A stretch of DNA of 64,000 bases from an uncultured Chloroflexia bacterium (GCA_963774265.1 CAVZDU010000010.1:256001-320000), one strand, 5' to 3'. Positions 30,090 to 40,123 are shown, counted from the stretch's first letter. Notes: a model not told the origin generated them from the sequence alone. Made by a program: numbers and translations.

Positions 30090-31338
30090 ATGAGCAACTC
30101 GAAGATCGTTGTTCCTGCGGAGGGCGAGCGCATTACGGTGCGCGAGGGCAAGCTTGCAGTTCCCCAGATAATCCGATCCTGCTTTGGATTGAAGGTGACG
30201 GCATCGGCCCTGACATCATGCGAGCATCCATGCGCATCTGGGATGCAGCCGTGCAGAAGGCTTACGGCGGACAGCGTCGTATCGCTTGGATGGAGATCTA
30301 CGCCGGCGAGAAGGCGGCAAACTTGTTCGGCGGCGACTACTTCCCGGCCGAAAGCCTGAGACGCGATCCGTGAATTCCAGGTGGGTATCAAGGGTCCGCT
30401 GACCACACCTGTGGGCGGCGGCTTCCGCAGCCTCAACGTGGCCTTGCGCAAGGACCTGGATCTCTACGCCTGCATCCGGCCGGTGAAATGGTACCCCGGC
30501 GTGCCCAGTCCCGTGCGACGCCCAGAACTGGTCGATGTCGTGATCTTTCGCGAGAACACTGAGGACGTGTATGCCGGCGTCGAGTATAAAGCCGGCTCGC
30601 CAGAAGCTCAGAAAGTGGAGCGCTTCCTGAAGGAAGAGATGGGCGCGAAGTTTTGGCCGAATTCCGGCATCGGTATCAAGCCGATGAGCGAGTTCGGCTC
30701 GAAGCGACTTGATCCGCAAGGCGCTGCAGCATGCGGTTGCGAAGCGCCGCCGGAGCGTCACGCTTGTCCACAAGGGAAACATCCAAAAGTTCACCGAGGG
30801 CGCTTTCATGCAGTGGGGCTACGAACTGGCGCGAGAGGAGTTCGGCGACGTGACGATCACTGAACAGCAGCTCTGGGATGAATACGGGGGGCAACAGCCC
30901 ACGGGTAAGGTCGTGGTCAAGGATCGCATTGCGGACATCATGTTCCAGCAGATGCTACTGCGTCCGGCAGAGTACGATGTTATCGCGACGCCCAATCTGA
31001 ACGGCGACTACCTCAGCGATGCGGTCGCCGCCGAGGTGGGTGGCGTGGGGATCGCACCCGGCGCAAACATCGGCGACTACATGGCCGTGTTTGAGGCGAC
31101 GCATGGCACCGCGCCGAAGTATGCCAACCAGGACAAGGTCAACCCGGGCAGTCTGCTGCTTTCCGGCGTGATGATGCTTGACTACATCGGATGGGATGAG
31201 GCTGCCCAGGCAATGACCGAAGCCTACACTAAGACCGTCGCGGACAGGATCGTGACCTACGATTTCGCGCGCCAGATGGATGGCGCTCGAGAGGTCAAAA
31301 CGTCGGAGTTCGCTGCAGCCGTGATAGAGCGACTCTAG
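30090..31338 (+). pseudogene. icd: NADP-dependent isocitrate dehydrogenase, split by 3 frameshifts (~30165, ~30359, ~30710); probably consensus errors
   Basis: [62 protein letters not shown]. Confidence 0.93.
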
Positions 31339-31387
31339 AGGCGCCCCCTGATTCGGCCGTGCAGGCAGATCCCGACCCAATATCATG

Positions 31388-31423
31388 AGGAGCCACAGAC
31401 CACACCCTGTGGCTCCTTTTCTT
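31388..31423 (+). terminator. Intrinsic terminator after icd
   Basis: AGGAGCCACAG-8 nt-CTGTGGCTCCT followed by TTTCTT. Confidence 0.8.
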
Positions 31424-31455
31424 ACCCCAGTCAAAATGTGACTCTTGACGCAATA

Positions 31456-31464
31456 TGTTATAAT
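31456..31464 (+). promoter_or_regulatory. Extended -10 promoter for the GH13 gene
   Basis: TGTTATAAT. Confidence 0.55.
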
Positions 31465-31564
31465 GTTATCAAATCGGTTTAATTGGTCTGCAAGAGCTTA
31501 TCCCGTTCATCTGAGGGTCTTTCATTGACCGCACTGCATCAGTTAGTGGCAGCGCCGCCACTTC

Positions 31565-33414
31565 ATGCTGACACCTTCCAGCCCTCCAGGAAGGCTGTCT
31601 ATCCATCACCTTTCTTCTCCCAATACACACTCCCACCGTGGTGGACCTTGGCGGGACTTTCAGACCCCAGGCACAGTCACGTTCTTTCTGACCGCTCCAT
31701 TCAAGCCTGCCGTAAATCTGGTCGGCGACTTCAATGGGTGGAACGCGACCGCCACACCCATGCATACGGACGGATCGGGTCTGTTCTGGGTGACGGTCCG
31801 CCTGACCGGTCCCACTTACTACCGCTTCATCGTGACGCTGGATGGGTCCGGCGAGCAGGTGACTGTGGCCGATCCGTACGCGCGCGAGATTCGTTGGGAT
31901 GGCAAAGACGCCAAGGCGTTCTTCTCGAATGAGCCCGATTACCCATGGCGTCACACCGGTTGGCGCAAACCCGCTCTGCGTGACCTTGCGATCTACGAGC
32001 TTTGCGTGCGCGACTTCTCCGGGGAGAAGAGGGATGGCGGTGCGCGTTTCGGTACATTTTCAGGGGTCCAGTCCAGGCTGGATCACCTTGCCACGCTGGG
32101 CGTCAACGCGATCGAGTTGATGCCCATCAGCGAATTCCCCGGCGACAGCTCGTGGGGCTACAACCCGGTCTTCTACATGGCGCCCAAGTGGATCTACGGC
32201 TCGCCGAACAGTCTGAAGGCGCTGATCGACGCGGCACATGCCCGCGGCATCGCCGTGATCCTCGACATGGTCTTCAACCATGCCTGGGCCGAGCAACCCT
32301 ACTACCGGATGTATCCGCCCCTTTCTGGTCCCGACGGGGAGATGCTGGAGGATCTGAACCCGTTTTTCCATCACCACCACAACGGCCACGCGAACGGTTG
32401 GGGCGGTCTGGACTGGGAGCACTCATCGTCATGGACCGTCTCCTACATGCAGGATATCGTCCGGTTCTGGCTGCAGGAATATCAAGTCGATGGCTTCCGG
32501 TTTGATTGGTTGGGCGGGGTGGAATATGACCCCTTCAAACCGCACATGGAGGGCTTCGATCCCTTCTCCGGGATTGCTCCGATCGCACGTGCCGCGCGTG
32601 ACGCCTGCCCCGACTGTTACCTCATTGGTGAGTACTGGCCGATCAAGGGCACCAATCCGGCCAAGACCGCAGCCAAATTGGTGCGTGAGACGGAAATTGA
32701 CGCGGTGTGGAATGGCGCCTTCCATCACGGGCTGGAGAACTGCCTGTTCCAGACATGGCAATGGGAACGACAGAGCATCGTCGACGTGTTGGGCGGTTTC
32801 AAACGGCAAGGCTTCACGTCGCCGATCAGGTCGTGAATTATGTGGTCAGCCATGATGAGCGTCGCCCCGAGCATGAGATCCAGTTCTGGGGCGAGCACAT
32901 CCAACCTGGCAGGCGCGCGTCTGCCTTCCCTACCCGCTGGGATCTCGCCCTGCAAAAAGCGCGGCTGGGTATGGCGGTTCTGTTGACCTCACCAGGGGTG
33001 CCCTTGTTGCTGGCTGGCCAGGAATTCGGTGAGGACAGCCCGCGGACAATCGACTTTTGGCCGCTGGACTGGAAGAAACTTGCCCTCCCACAGGGCCGGG
33101 CGCAGTTCGACCTGGTGCAGAGACTCCTTCGCCTGCGCAGAGAGCATCCGGCACTACGGTCTGATTTCGTCGAGTACTACTGGGATGACTTCACACGATA
33201 CAAGGTCGTGCGCTACAAACGTTGGGACCATGACCACGACGTCGTGGTGGTCGCCGCCAATTTCGATAACATCGATCATCGCGTTGGCCTGGGTTTCCCA
33301 TCCGATGGCTGGTGGCGTAATGCTCTCACTGGCGCCCGGCATCATGTCAAGGGCTACTGGCGCGATTTCACATTGCCGGCCTGGAGCGTCCTGATTCTGG
33401 CTCGGGACGCTTGA
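31565..33414 (+). CDS. GH13 alpha-amylase family protein (GlgB/TreZ-like) with N-terminal CBM48; apparent frameshift near 32818
   Basis: VGDFNGW, ADPYA, IYEL, IELMPISEF, WGYNP, LDMVFNH, DGFRFD, IGEYW, then SHDE in the next frame. Confidence 0.88.
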
Positions 33415-33439
33415 CGGACCAAACCAGGCGGGTTATAAT
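33411..33439 (+). promoter_or_regulatory. sigma70 promoter of the qcr-sdh operon
   Basis: TTGACG-17 nt-TATAAT. Confidence 0.75.
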
Positions 33440-33453
33440 CTCGACGCTGCCTC

Positions 33454-33473
33454 ACTGTGTAGAATTGCACAGT
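33454..33473. promoter_or_regulatory. Rex/Crp-type operator palindrome
   Basis: ACTGTG-TAGAATTG-CACAGT (TGTG-N8-CACA) just downstream of the promoter. Confidence 0.55.
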
Positions 33474-33531
33474 TCCTTAGCGTACAAGCCGTAACTGCCA
33501 ATTAGTCCTCATCTCAAGGAGGCGAACCGGA

Positions 33532-34029
33532 ATGTCCGAAGAAACCTTTGGGCATGGCGACGAAATGGGTCGGCGGAAGTTCCTCACTGGGATCATTGGC
33601 GTCGTTGCCGGCGCTGTGGCAACCCTGGTTGGCTTGCCGGCCATCGGGTATCTGATTTCCCCAGGTGTCAAAAAGCAGAATGAAGACGAATGGCTGACCC
33701 TCGGCCCGGTTAGTACTGTACAGCCCGGTGTGCCGACCGGCTTTCCGTTTTCGCGCCGAATTCGAGATGGCTGGGTGGAGTCCACGCAGACCGGTGTGGC
33801 GTTTGTGGTAACCGAGGACAGCCAGAACTTCAAGGTCTTCTCGAATGCCTGCACCCACCTGGCTTGCCGGGTGACGTGGAACCAGGAACGAGGAGGGTTC
33901 TTCTGTCCTTGCCACGATGGGCTTTTTGGCCTGAATGGCGAAGTTCTCAGCGGCCCACCGCCTCGACCTCTGGATCAATTCGAGACCAAGATTGAAAACG
34001 GCCAGATTGCGATCTTGTTGGAGGCGTAA
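33532..34029 (+). CDS. qcrA: Rieske 2Fe-2S subunit of a menaquinol:cytochrome c reductase
   Basis: Tat-like MGRRKFL plus TM; CTHLAC and CPCHDG; GPPPRPL. Confidence 0.93.
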   Translation: MSEETFGHGDEMGRRKFLTGIIGVVAGAVATLVGLPAIGYLISPGVKKQNEDEWLTLGPVSTVQPGVPTGFPFSRRIRDGWVESTQTGVAFVVTEDSQNFKVFSNACTHLACRVTWNQERGGFFCPCHDGLFGLNGEVLSGPPPRPLDQFETKIENGQIAILLEA

Positions 34030-34031
34030 CT

Positions 34032-34724
34032 GTGGCTGAAGGTCCACTCCCCGGTGGCCGCAGCCGCGGCCAGGCCATCTTCGACTGGTTGGACGAGCGT
34101 GCGGGGCTAACAACCATTTGGAAAACGGTCTTCGCGCGTACAGTTCCTGAGACCAACTGGTTTTACACCCTGGGCAGCGCCAGCACTATCCTTGCGGTTC
34201 TCCAGATCATCACCGGTATGCTCTTGACGATCTACTACATACCATCGCCCGACCACGCATACGAGAGTATCCAGTACATCATGAATGAGGTGACATTTGG
34301 CTGGCTGATCCGGGGGATACACCATTGGGGCGCCACCTTGATGGTCATTGTTGTGTTCCTACACATGCTTAAGTGCTTCTTCGTTGGCACGTATAAGTGG
34401 CCGCGAGAGCTCACCTGGATCACAGGTGCGTTGCTTCTCTTGATCGTCATGGTCCTTGGATTCTCCGGCTACCTGCTACCGTGGAACCAAAAGGCCTACT
34501 GGGCGACTACGGTCGGAACCAGTGTCATCGGCGCCGTCCCCGCCATCGGCCCGGCGCTCATGGAGATAGCGCGCGGGGGTAAGGAAATCGGCGCGGTAAC
34601 CCTCGCTCGTTTTTATGGCCTTCACATCTGGTGGATGCCTATCGCACTGCTCGGCCTGATTGGGGTGCACCTGTACCTCATCATCCGCATCGGAATTACC
34701 CATCCGCCTGCGCGCGATGAGTAA
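34032..34724 (+). CDS. qcrB: Cytochrome b (b6-type N-terminal subunit)
   Basis: GWLIRGIHHWGA, LHMLK, PRELTW, GYLLPWNQKAYWA, RFYGLH, GVHL. Confidence 0.93.
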   Translation: MAEGPLPGGRSRGQAIFDWLDERAGLTTIWKTVFARTVPETNWFYTLGSASTILAVLQIITGMLLTIYYIPSPDHAYESIQYIMNEVTFGWLIRGIHHWGATLMVIVVFLHMLKCFFVGTYKWPRELTWITGALLLLIVMVLGFSGYLLPWNQKAYWATTVGTSVIGAVPAIGPALMEIARGGKEIGAVTLARFYGLHIWWMPIALLGLIGVHLYLIIRIGITHPPARDE

Positions 34725-34741
34725 GGCCAAGGACGGCTCCC

Positions 34742-35839
34742 ATGAACGATGCAGATAAACAGGACTACCTGAAGCGCTACAAAGAGAAGAAGGCGGAGGG
34801 CGAGCTCTTCTTCCCGCACTCGATTGCGAAGGATGCAATTGCTTCACTATTCATCTTCATCCTTCTGATCGGACTGGCTGTCTTTGTGGGTATTCCAAAT
34901 GAGCCGCCCGCGGATCCCACCGACGCATCATATATTCCGCGCCCCGAGTGGTATTTTCTTTGGATGTTTCAGCTTCTCAAGTATTTCCCGGGTAAGGTAG
35001 AGGGCATTGCCATCATAGGTTTGGGAGCGGCGCTTGCCGTCGGGTTGTTCGGCTTGCCCTTCCTGGATCGGAACCCGAAGCGACATCCGCGCAACCGACC
35101 CATTGCGACGATTGTGATGCTCCTCATTGTGGCGGGCATGGTATTTTTGACGGTCCAGGCGGTGGCGACCACCCCCACACAGGTTGAGGCGGCCGATATC
35201 GGTGGCGACCAACAGGCGCGCATCGAAGCCGGCGGCAAGATCTTCGAGGAGTATTGCGCCAAATGCCACGGCGCGGACGGAGAAGGCGCAGAGCTCCCTG
35301 ACCAGCCAGGCGAGTTCACGAACCCCCTTAATGACGAGCCCTTCCTGATCACCCATCCGGCAGATAGCCTTTTCAACGTCATCGATTATGGTTGGGAGAC
35401 TCTGGGTATGCCCCCATTCGGGCTCAAGTATGGTGGCAGCCTGACCGATCCCGAAATCCGCGCAGTAGTGGAGTTCCTTAAGGCATGGTACGTGCCGCCG
35501 GATAAGGATGCTGGCGGCGAGCAGGTGCTGGATCCCAACACCATTGAGACGGTCAGCCTTGCCCAACATGTCAGGCCCATACTTGACAAGCGCTGTTTGA
35601 GTTGCCACGGAAAGCGCGTTAAGGGCGGCTACAGCGTCGCGGACTATGATAAGCTGATGACCTCCGGAGATAACCCTCCGGTGATCATTGCGGGTGACGC
35701 CGCGAATAGTATTCTAGCTCAGATGCTGCGCGGAATTGAGACGCCTGCGGGTGGCCAAATGCCTCCCGGTCGAGCGCTGAAGGCGGAGCAAATCCAGCTC
35801 ATCGAGAAGTGGATCAACCAGGGAGCACAGAACAACTAA
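34742..35839 (+). CDS. qcrC: Cytochrome b subunit IV fused to two cytochrome c domains
   Basis: PRPEWYF, PFLD, CAKCH...MPPF, CLSCH...MPP. Confidence 0.9.
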   Translation: MNDADKQDYLKRYKEKKAEGELFFPHSIAKDAIASLFIFILLIGLAVFVGIPNEPPADPTDASYIPRPEWYFLWMFQLLKYFPGKVEGIAIIGLGAALAVGLFGLPFLDRNPKRHPRNRPIATIVMLLIVAGMVFLTVQAVATTPTQVEAADIGGDQQARIEAGGKIFEEYCAKCHGADGEGAELPDQPGEFTNPLNDEPFLITHPADSLFNVIDYGWETLGMPPFGLKYGGSLTDPEIRAVVEFLKAWYVPPDKDAGGEQVLDPNTIETVSLAQHVRPILDKRCLSCHGKRVKGGYSVADYDKLMTSGDNPPVIIAGDAANSILAQMLRGIETPAGGQMPPGRALKAEQIQLIEKWINQGAQNN

Positions 35840-35849
35840 CGAGGGAACA

Positions 35850-36248
35850 ATGAGTAAACTCGCGCGGGTATCCCTTCCCAGGGCGCTGGCTTACCGCGGA
35901 GGACAGCCCATGATTGCGTGGCTGCTTCACCGCATCAGTGGCATTGGCATCGTGTTTTTCGTCTCGATGCACATATTGGCCGCATTCTTCCTCTATTCGG
36001 TGGAAAGCACGAGCGCGACTGGCGCGATCTCTGATGCGTTAACGGCCTTCTATGAGGCGCTACCGATGCAGGTCTTCATGTTGTTCGCGGTGCTCTATCA
36101 TGCCATGAACGGCCTGCGTATCGTGGTGTTGGATATGTTCCCGGCACTGTGGAAGTACAACCGGGAGGCCATGTGGGTGCAGTGGGCTGTATTCTTGCCT
36201 ATGTTCCTGCTGCCGGCCGCGCTGATGATCATGCGCGTTCAGATTTGA
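35850..36248 (+). CDS. sdhC: Succinate dehydrogenase cytochrome b subunit
   Basis: WLLHRISG, MHIL, YHAMNGLR; three TMs. Confidence 0.88.
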   Translation: MSKLARVSLPRALAYRGGQPMIAWLLHRISGIGIVFFVSMHILAAFFLYSVESTSATGAISDALTAFYEALPMQVFMLFAVLYHAMNGLRIVVLDMFPALWKYNREAMWVQWAVFLPMFLLPAALMIMRVQI

Positions 36249-36259
36249 GAGGCGAAACA

Positions 36260-36697
36260 ATGGTGACCCCAAACGTTTCTGTCGCCCGAGGCCGTACGGG
36301 CAGCAAGTTTGAAACCACCATGTGGTTCTTTACGCGCGTGACCGGCATCCTGTTCTTGCTCTTAGGCGCGTTCAACTTGGTATATGCCAATTTGACCGGC
36401 GGCTACGGCAAGATGGATGTGGGCGCGCAGATGCGCTGGGCTTTCTTCCCTATCTCCTTCCATGTTGAGTCCAGCGCGGTGGAGGTCACTCCCAACTTTT
36501 CTAACCCATTCTGGCAGGCCTACAGCTTTCTTATGGTAGCTTTTGCCGCCACGCATGGCTTCAATGGCCTGCGCGTCATCCTGACCGACTACATTCGGCG
36601 GCCGCTGCTCCTTGCCTGGGTCAAGGCGATCTTGTTCTTGCTCTGGGTGCTGGTTTTGGTTGCCGCTGCGTTTTTGGTCTTTGTTTTCACCGGGTGA
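36260..36697 (+). CDS. sdhD: Succinate dehydrogenase membrane anchor
   Basis: WFFTRVTG, THGFNGLRVILTDY; ATG 36260 after GAGG. Confidence 0.85.
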   Translation: MVTPNVSVARGRTGSKFETTMWFFTRVTGILFLLLGAFNLVYANLTGGYGKMDVGAQMRWAFFPISFHVESSAVEVTPNFSNPFWQAYSFLMVAFAATHGFNGLRVILTDYIRRPLLLAWVKAILFLLWVLVLVAAAFLVFVFTG

Positions 36698-36730
36698 TGA
36701 TCACTGCCCCGAAAGGAGCGGGTTCCCAAC

Positions 36731-38524
36731 ATGTTGCATCGATTTGACGTGATTGTGGTTGGAGCAGGTGGCGCGGGGTTGATGGCTGCCCTGTATGCCT
36801 CTCGTGGTGCAAAGACCGCGGTGATCAGCAAGCTTTACCCGACCCGCTCGCACACCGGCACCGCGCAAGGCGGCATCGGCGCGGCCCTGGGCAATCTCGA
36901 AGAAGATCGCGCTGAGTGGCACATTTTCGACACCATCAAGGGGTCGGACTACCTTGCCGATCAGGATTCAGTTGAGATCATGTGCAACGAAGCGATCAGT
37001 ATGGTCTATGACCTGGAACACATGGGGTTACCGTTCGATCGCACCCCTGATGGCCGTATCTCGCAGCGCCCCTTCGGCGGTCATACGAACAATGTCACCA
37101 AGAAGCCGGTGCGTCGGGCGTGCCATGCGGCCGACCGTACCGGCCACATGATCCTGCAGACCGTGTACCAGCAGTGCATCAAGAATAACGTTACCTTTTA
37201 TGACGAATACCAGATGGTGGATCTGCTGGTGAATGACCAGGGGCAGGTGGCGGGAGTGGTGGCGGTCCACATCGACAGTGGCACTCTCCACACTTTCCAC
37301 GCCAAGGCTACGGTGTTCGCGACGGGGGGCTTCGGACGCATCTGGAAGATCACCTCCAACGCGTATGCGTTGACCGGGGATGGGGCGGCAGTTGCCTATC
37401 GCCGCGGCGTCCCGATGGAGGACATGGAGTTCTTTCAGTTTCACCCTACCGGCATCAAGGGCCTGGGCATCTTGATCACCGAGGGAGTGCGCGGGGAGGG
37501 CGGCGTGCTCATCAACGGCCAGGGCGAGCGCTTCATGCCCAAGTACGCGCCTACCGTCAAGGACCTGGCCTCGCGTGACGTGATCTCTCGGGCCATCTAC
37601 CTGGAGATTCGGGAGGGCCGCGGGGTCAACGGCGAAGACTACGTGTACCTGGACGTGCGGCCTGAGACGGTCAACCGATACTTCGCCGAGGATGGCATCA
37701 AGAATCCGGACGGCACTCCGCGGCGTATCACCGCGGCCGAGATCGAGAAGAAGCTGCCAGACATCGCGGATTTCTGCCGCACCTACCTGGGAGTCGACCC
37801 GGTGAAGCAGATGATGCCGATCCAGCCGACCGCGCACTATGCCATGGGCGGCATCCCCACCGACAACAACGCCCGTGTGGTGCAGGACGCCCAGAGCACG
37901 CCAATGCCCGGTTTCTATGCTGCAGGCGAGGTGGCGTGCGTCTCAGTCCACGGCGCCAACCGCCTGGGCACCAATTCCCTGGTGGATATCCTGGTTTTCG
38001 GTCGACGCGCGGGCAAGGACGCGGTGAGTTATGCCAACAGCGTGGGCTGGCCGGCGCTGCCACCCGACTTTGATGCGGACGCCCGAGCTCAGTTGGAGCA
38101 CCTGCGTTACAACGAGGGCAACGAATCCGCGGCGCAAATCCGTAAGGACATGCGCGCGCTGATGATGAGCAACGTGGGCTTATTCCGAAATAGTGCGCTG
38201 CTGGGTGAGGCAGTAGACACGCTGAAAATTCTGCAGGAACGCTTCAGCCGGGTGGCCATCATGGATAAGGGCATGCGCTGGAATACGGAGTTACTGGAGA
38301 CGTGGGAGTTGGGCTGTCTGTTGGATTTGGCCCAGGCCACCGCGGTGGCTGCACTGGCCCGCACCGAGAGCCGAGGCGCTCATGCGCGTGAAGACTACCC
38401 GGAACACGATGACGTCCAGTGGCTAAAGCATTCCCTGACCTATCGCGAGCCCGATGGCGTCATTCGTCTGGATTACAAGCCGGTGCGGCTGGGCCTCTTT
38501 GCGCCGGCCAAACGCGTTTATTAG
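36731..38524 (+). CDS. sdhA: Succinate dehydrogenase flavoprotein
   Basis: [53 protein letters not shown]. Confidence 0.97.
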   Translation: MLHRFDVIVVGAGGAGLMAALYASRGAKTAVISKLYPTRSHTGTAQGGIGAALGNLEEDRAEWHIFDTIKGSDYLADQDSVEIMCNEAISMVYDLEHMGLPFDRTPDGRISQRPFGGHTNNVTKKPVRRACHAADRTGHMILQTVYQQCIKNNVTFYDEYQMVDLLVNDQGQVAGVVAVHIDSGTLHTFHAKATVFATGGFGRIWKITSNAYALTGDGAAVAYRRGVPMEDMEFFQFHPTGIKGLGILITEGVRGEGGVLINGQGERFMPKYAPTVKDLASRDVISRAIYLEIREGRGVNGEDYVYLDVRPETVNRYFAEDGIKNPDGTPRRITAAEIEKKLPDIADFCRTYLGVDPVKQMMPIQPTAHYAMGGIPTDNNARVVQDAQSTPMPGFYAAGEVACVSVHGANRLGTNSLVDILVFGRRAGKDAVSYANSVGWPALPPDFDADARAQLEHLRYNEGNESAAQIRKDMRALMMSNVGLFRNSALLGEAVDTLKILQERFSRVAIMDKGMRWNTELLETWELGCLLDLAQATAVAALARTESRGAHAREDYPEHDDVQWLKHSLTYREPDGVIRLDYKPVRLGLFAPAKRVY

Positions 38525-38538
38525 CCGTGGGGGCAGCC

Positions 38539-39240
38539 ATGATTCTAAAGGTCAAAATCCGCCGCTTCAATCCCGAAAAGGATCGCAAACCCTACTGGGC
38601 CGAGTACTCTCTTGACGCGCAGCCGTGGGACCGGGTGCTCGACGTGCTGGTAGGCATCAAGGAAAACCAGGATGGCAGCCTCACCTTCCGCCGTTCTTGC
38701 GCCCACGGTATTTGCGGCTCCGACGTCATGGTGATTGACGGTCGCAACCGCCTGGCCTGCAAGGTGCTGGTTAAGGACCTCGGCAAACGCATCGTGATTG
38801 AGCCGCTGCGGGGCCTACCGGTTATTAAGGACCTGACGGTGGATATGGAGCCATTCTGGCGGCAATACCGTTCGATCCAACCTTTTCTGATGAATGATGA
38901 TCCGCCGCCGTATACCGAACGACTGCAAAGCCCGGAGGCCCGCGCTCGGTTTGACGAAACCACTAAATGCATTCTCTGTGCGGCATGCACCACATCGTGT
39001 CCGAGCTTCTGGGCTGACGCAAGCTATGTAGGACCCGCGGCTATCGTACAGGCGCATCGTTTTATCTTTGATGATCGAGACCAGGGCGCCCAGGTGCGTC
39101 TGGCAATTCTCGCGGAAGGCAACGGTGTTTGGCGTTGCCGGACCGTCTATAACTGCACAGAAGCTTGCCCACGCGAGATCGAGGTCACCCGCGCAATTCG
39201 TGAGGTGACGCGTGCGATCGTGACAGGCGAGGTCAGGTAG
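38539..39240 (+). CDS. sdhB: Succinate dehydrogenase iron-sulfur subunit
   Basis: SCAHGICGSD, LAC, CILCAACTTSCP, CRTVYNCTEACP. Confidence 0.97.
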   Translation: MILKVKIRRFNPEKDRKPYWAEYSLDAQPWDRVLDVLVGIKENQDGSLTFRRSCAHGICGSDVMVIDGRNRLACKVLVKDLGKRIVIEPLRGLPVIKDLTVDMEPFWRQYRSIQPFLMNDDPPPYTERLQSPEARARFDETTKCILCAACTTSCPSFWADASYVGPAAIVQAHRFIFDDRDQGAQVRLAILAEGNGVWRCRTVYNCTEACPREIEVTRAIREVTRAIVTGEVR

Positions 39241-39258
39241 GCTCAATCACCTCGTCGC

Positions 39259-39312
39259 GACGACTTCATGCTTCCCCGAAAAACTGCGGGAAGCGCGAAG
39301 TCGTCATGTTTT
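39259..39312 (+). terminator. Hairpin/terminator after sdhB
   Basis: GACGACTTC-ATGCTTCCC...GGGAAGCGC-GAAGTCGTC followed by ATGTTTT. Confidence 0.55.
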
Positions 39313-39347
39313 AAGACCCGTAGCATCACTTTTGTCGCAATTGAGCG

Positions 39348-39382
39348 TTGACAATCCGGCAGCGTCTGTGATATACTTTACA
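39348..39382 (+). promoter_or_regulatory. Promoter of the Crp/Fnr gene with an overlapping Crp/Rex-like box
   Basis: TTGACA-18 nt-TATACT; TGTGA-TATACT-TTACA (39367-39382) straddles the -10. Confidence 0.65.
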
Positions 39383-39418
39383 AAGTGAGAGCATAGAGGT
39401 TCTCCTCCAGGAGGAAGA

Positions 39419-40085
39419 ATGCCGCACCAGAGTGACTTTGTGGCCATTGATACAGCTAACCCCGTCCTGCCGCGATTGTGCTGCTGCCACCAGGGCTGCT
39501 TTGTTGGAGCGGGGACGCGTGGAGCACCTCGAAAATGGCTCCGTCCTCGTTGGTGATGGGCAGCCAGCGGGGGTGGTCCTCTTCCCCCTGAGGGGCGCAA
39601 TCCAGATGGCGAAAGCCACGAGCCGGGGGCGACGGCAAATCATCTGCAACCCAACGGCAGAATCATGTGGTGGCGTGTGTATGCTGGCGTTCGGTTCTCA
39701 TGCCCTCGCAGACGTGCGCGGGGTCGACGCGGGTGAGGTGCTTGTCCTCGATCGGTCTGAGTTCGAGCAGTTGATCCATGAGGACCCAGTTCTGTGTCGT
39801 GCTGCGTGGCACAGCGCCGCAAGTTGCATGGCGCACTTGAGTGGGTTGGTGGCCCAGTTGTCATTCAATAAGGTGTCTGAGCGCGTCGAATTGGCGCTGC
39901 TCGATGGCACTGAGAAGGACGGGGATCTGGTGCGATTGACCCAGTCTGAACTGGCTGCCGAGGTAGGTACAACACGCGAAGTAGTCGCGCGTTGTCTTGC
40001 CGGCTTACAGCAGGACGGTCACATCCGCCTTGGTCGCGGCCGCATTACGGTGCTAAATCGCGAAGGGCTCCAGCGCAACCTATGA
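39419..40085 (+). CDS. Crp/Fnr family transcriptional regulator (Cys-rich); probable frameshift near the 5' end
   Basis: cNMP-binding-like domain and HTH LTQSELAAEVGTTREVVARCL. ATG 39419 has RBS GGAGG but is out of frame with ORF 39432. Confidence 0.88.
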
Positions 40086-40123
40086 TTTGTGTCCCCTAGG
40101 GACGAGTGAGTCTGGAACACACC

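Noticed and set aside
28290-30715. Programmed ribosomal frameshifting in acnA/icd
   Set aside because: Seven shifts of mixed direction with no shared slippery motif; sequence error is far simpler.
31495-31560. SAM-I riboswitch resemblance (CTTATC...GAGGG)
   Set aside because: The remaining conserved core is missing, and the downstream gene is unrelated to methionine metabolism.
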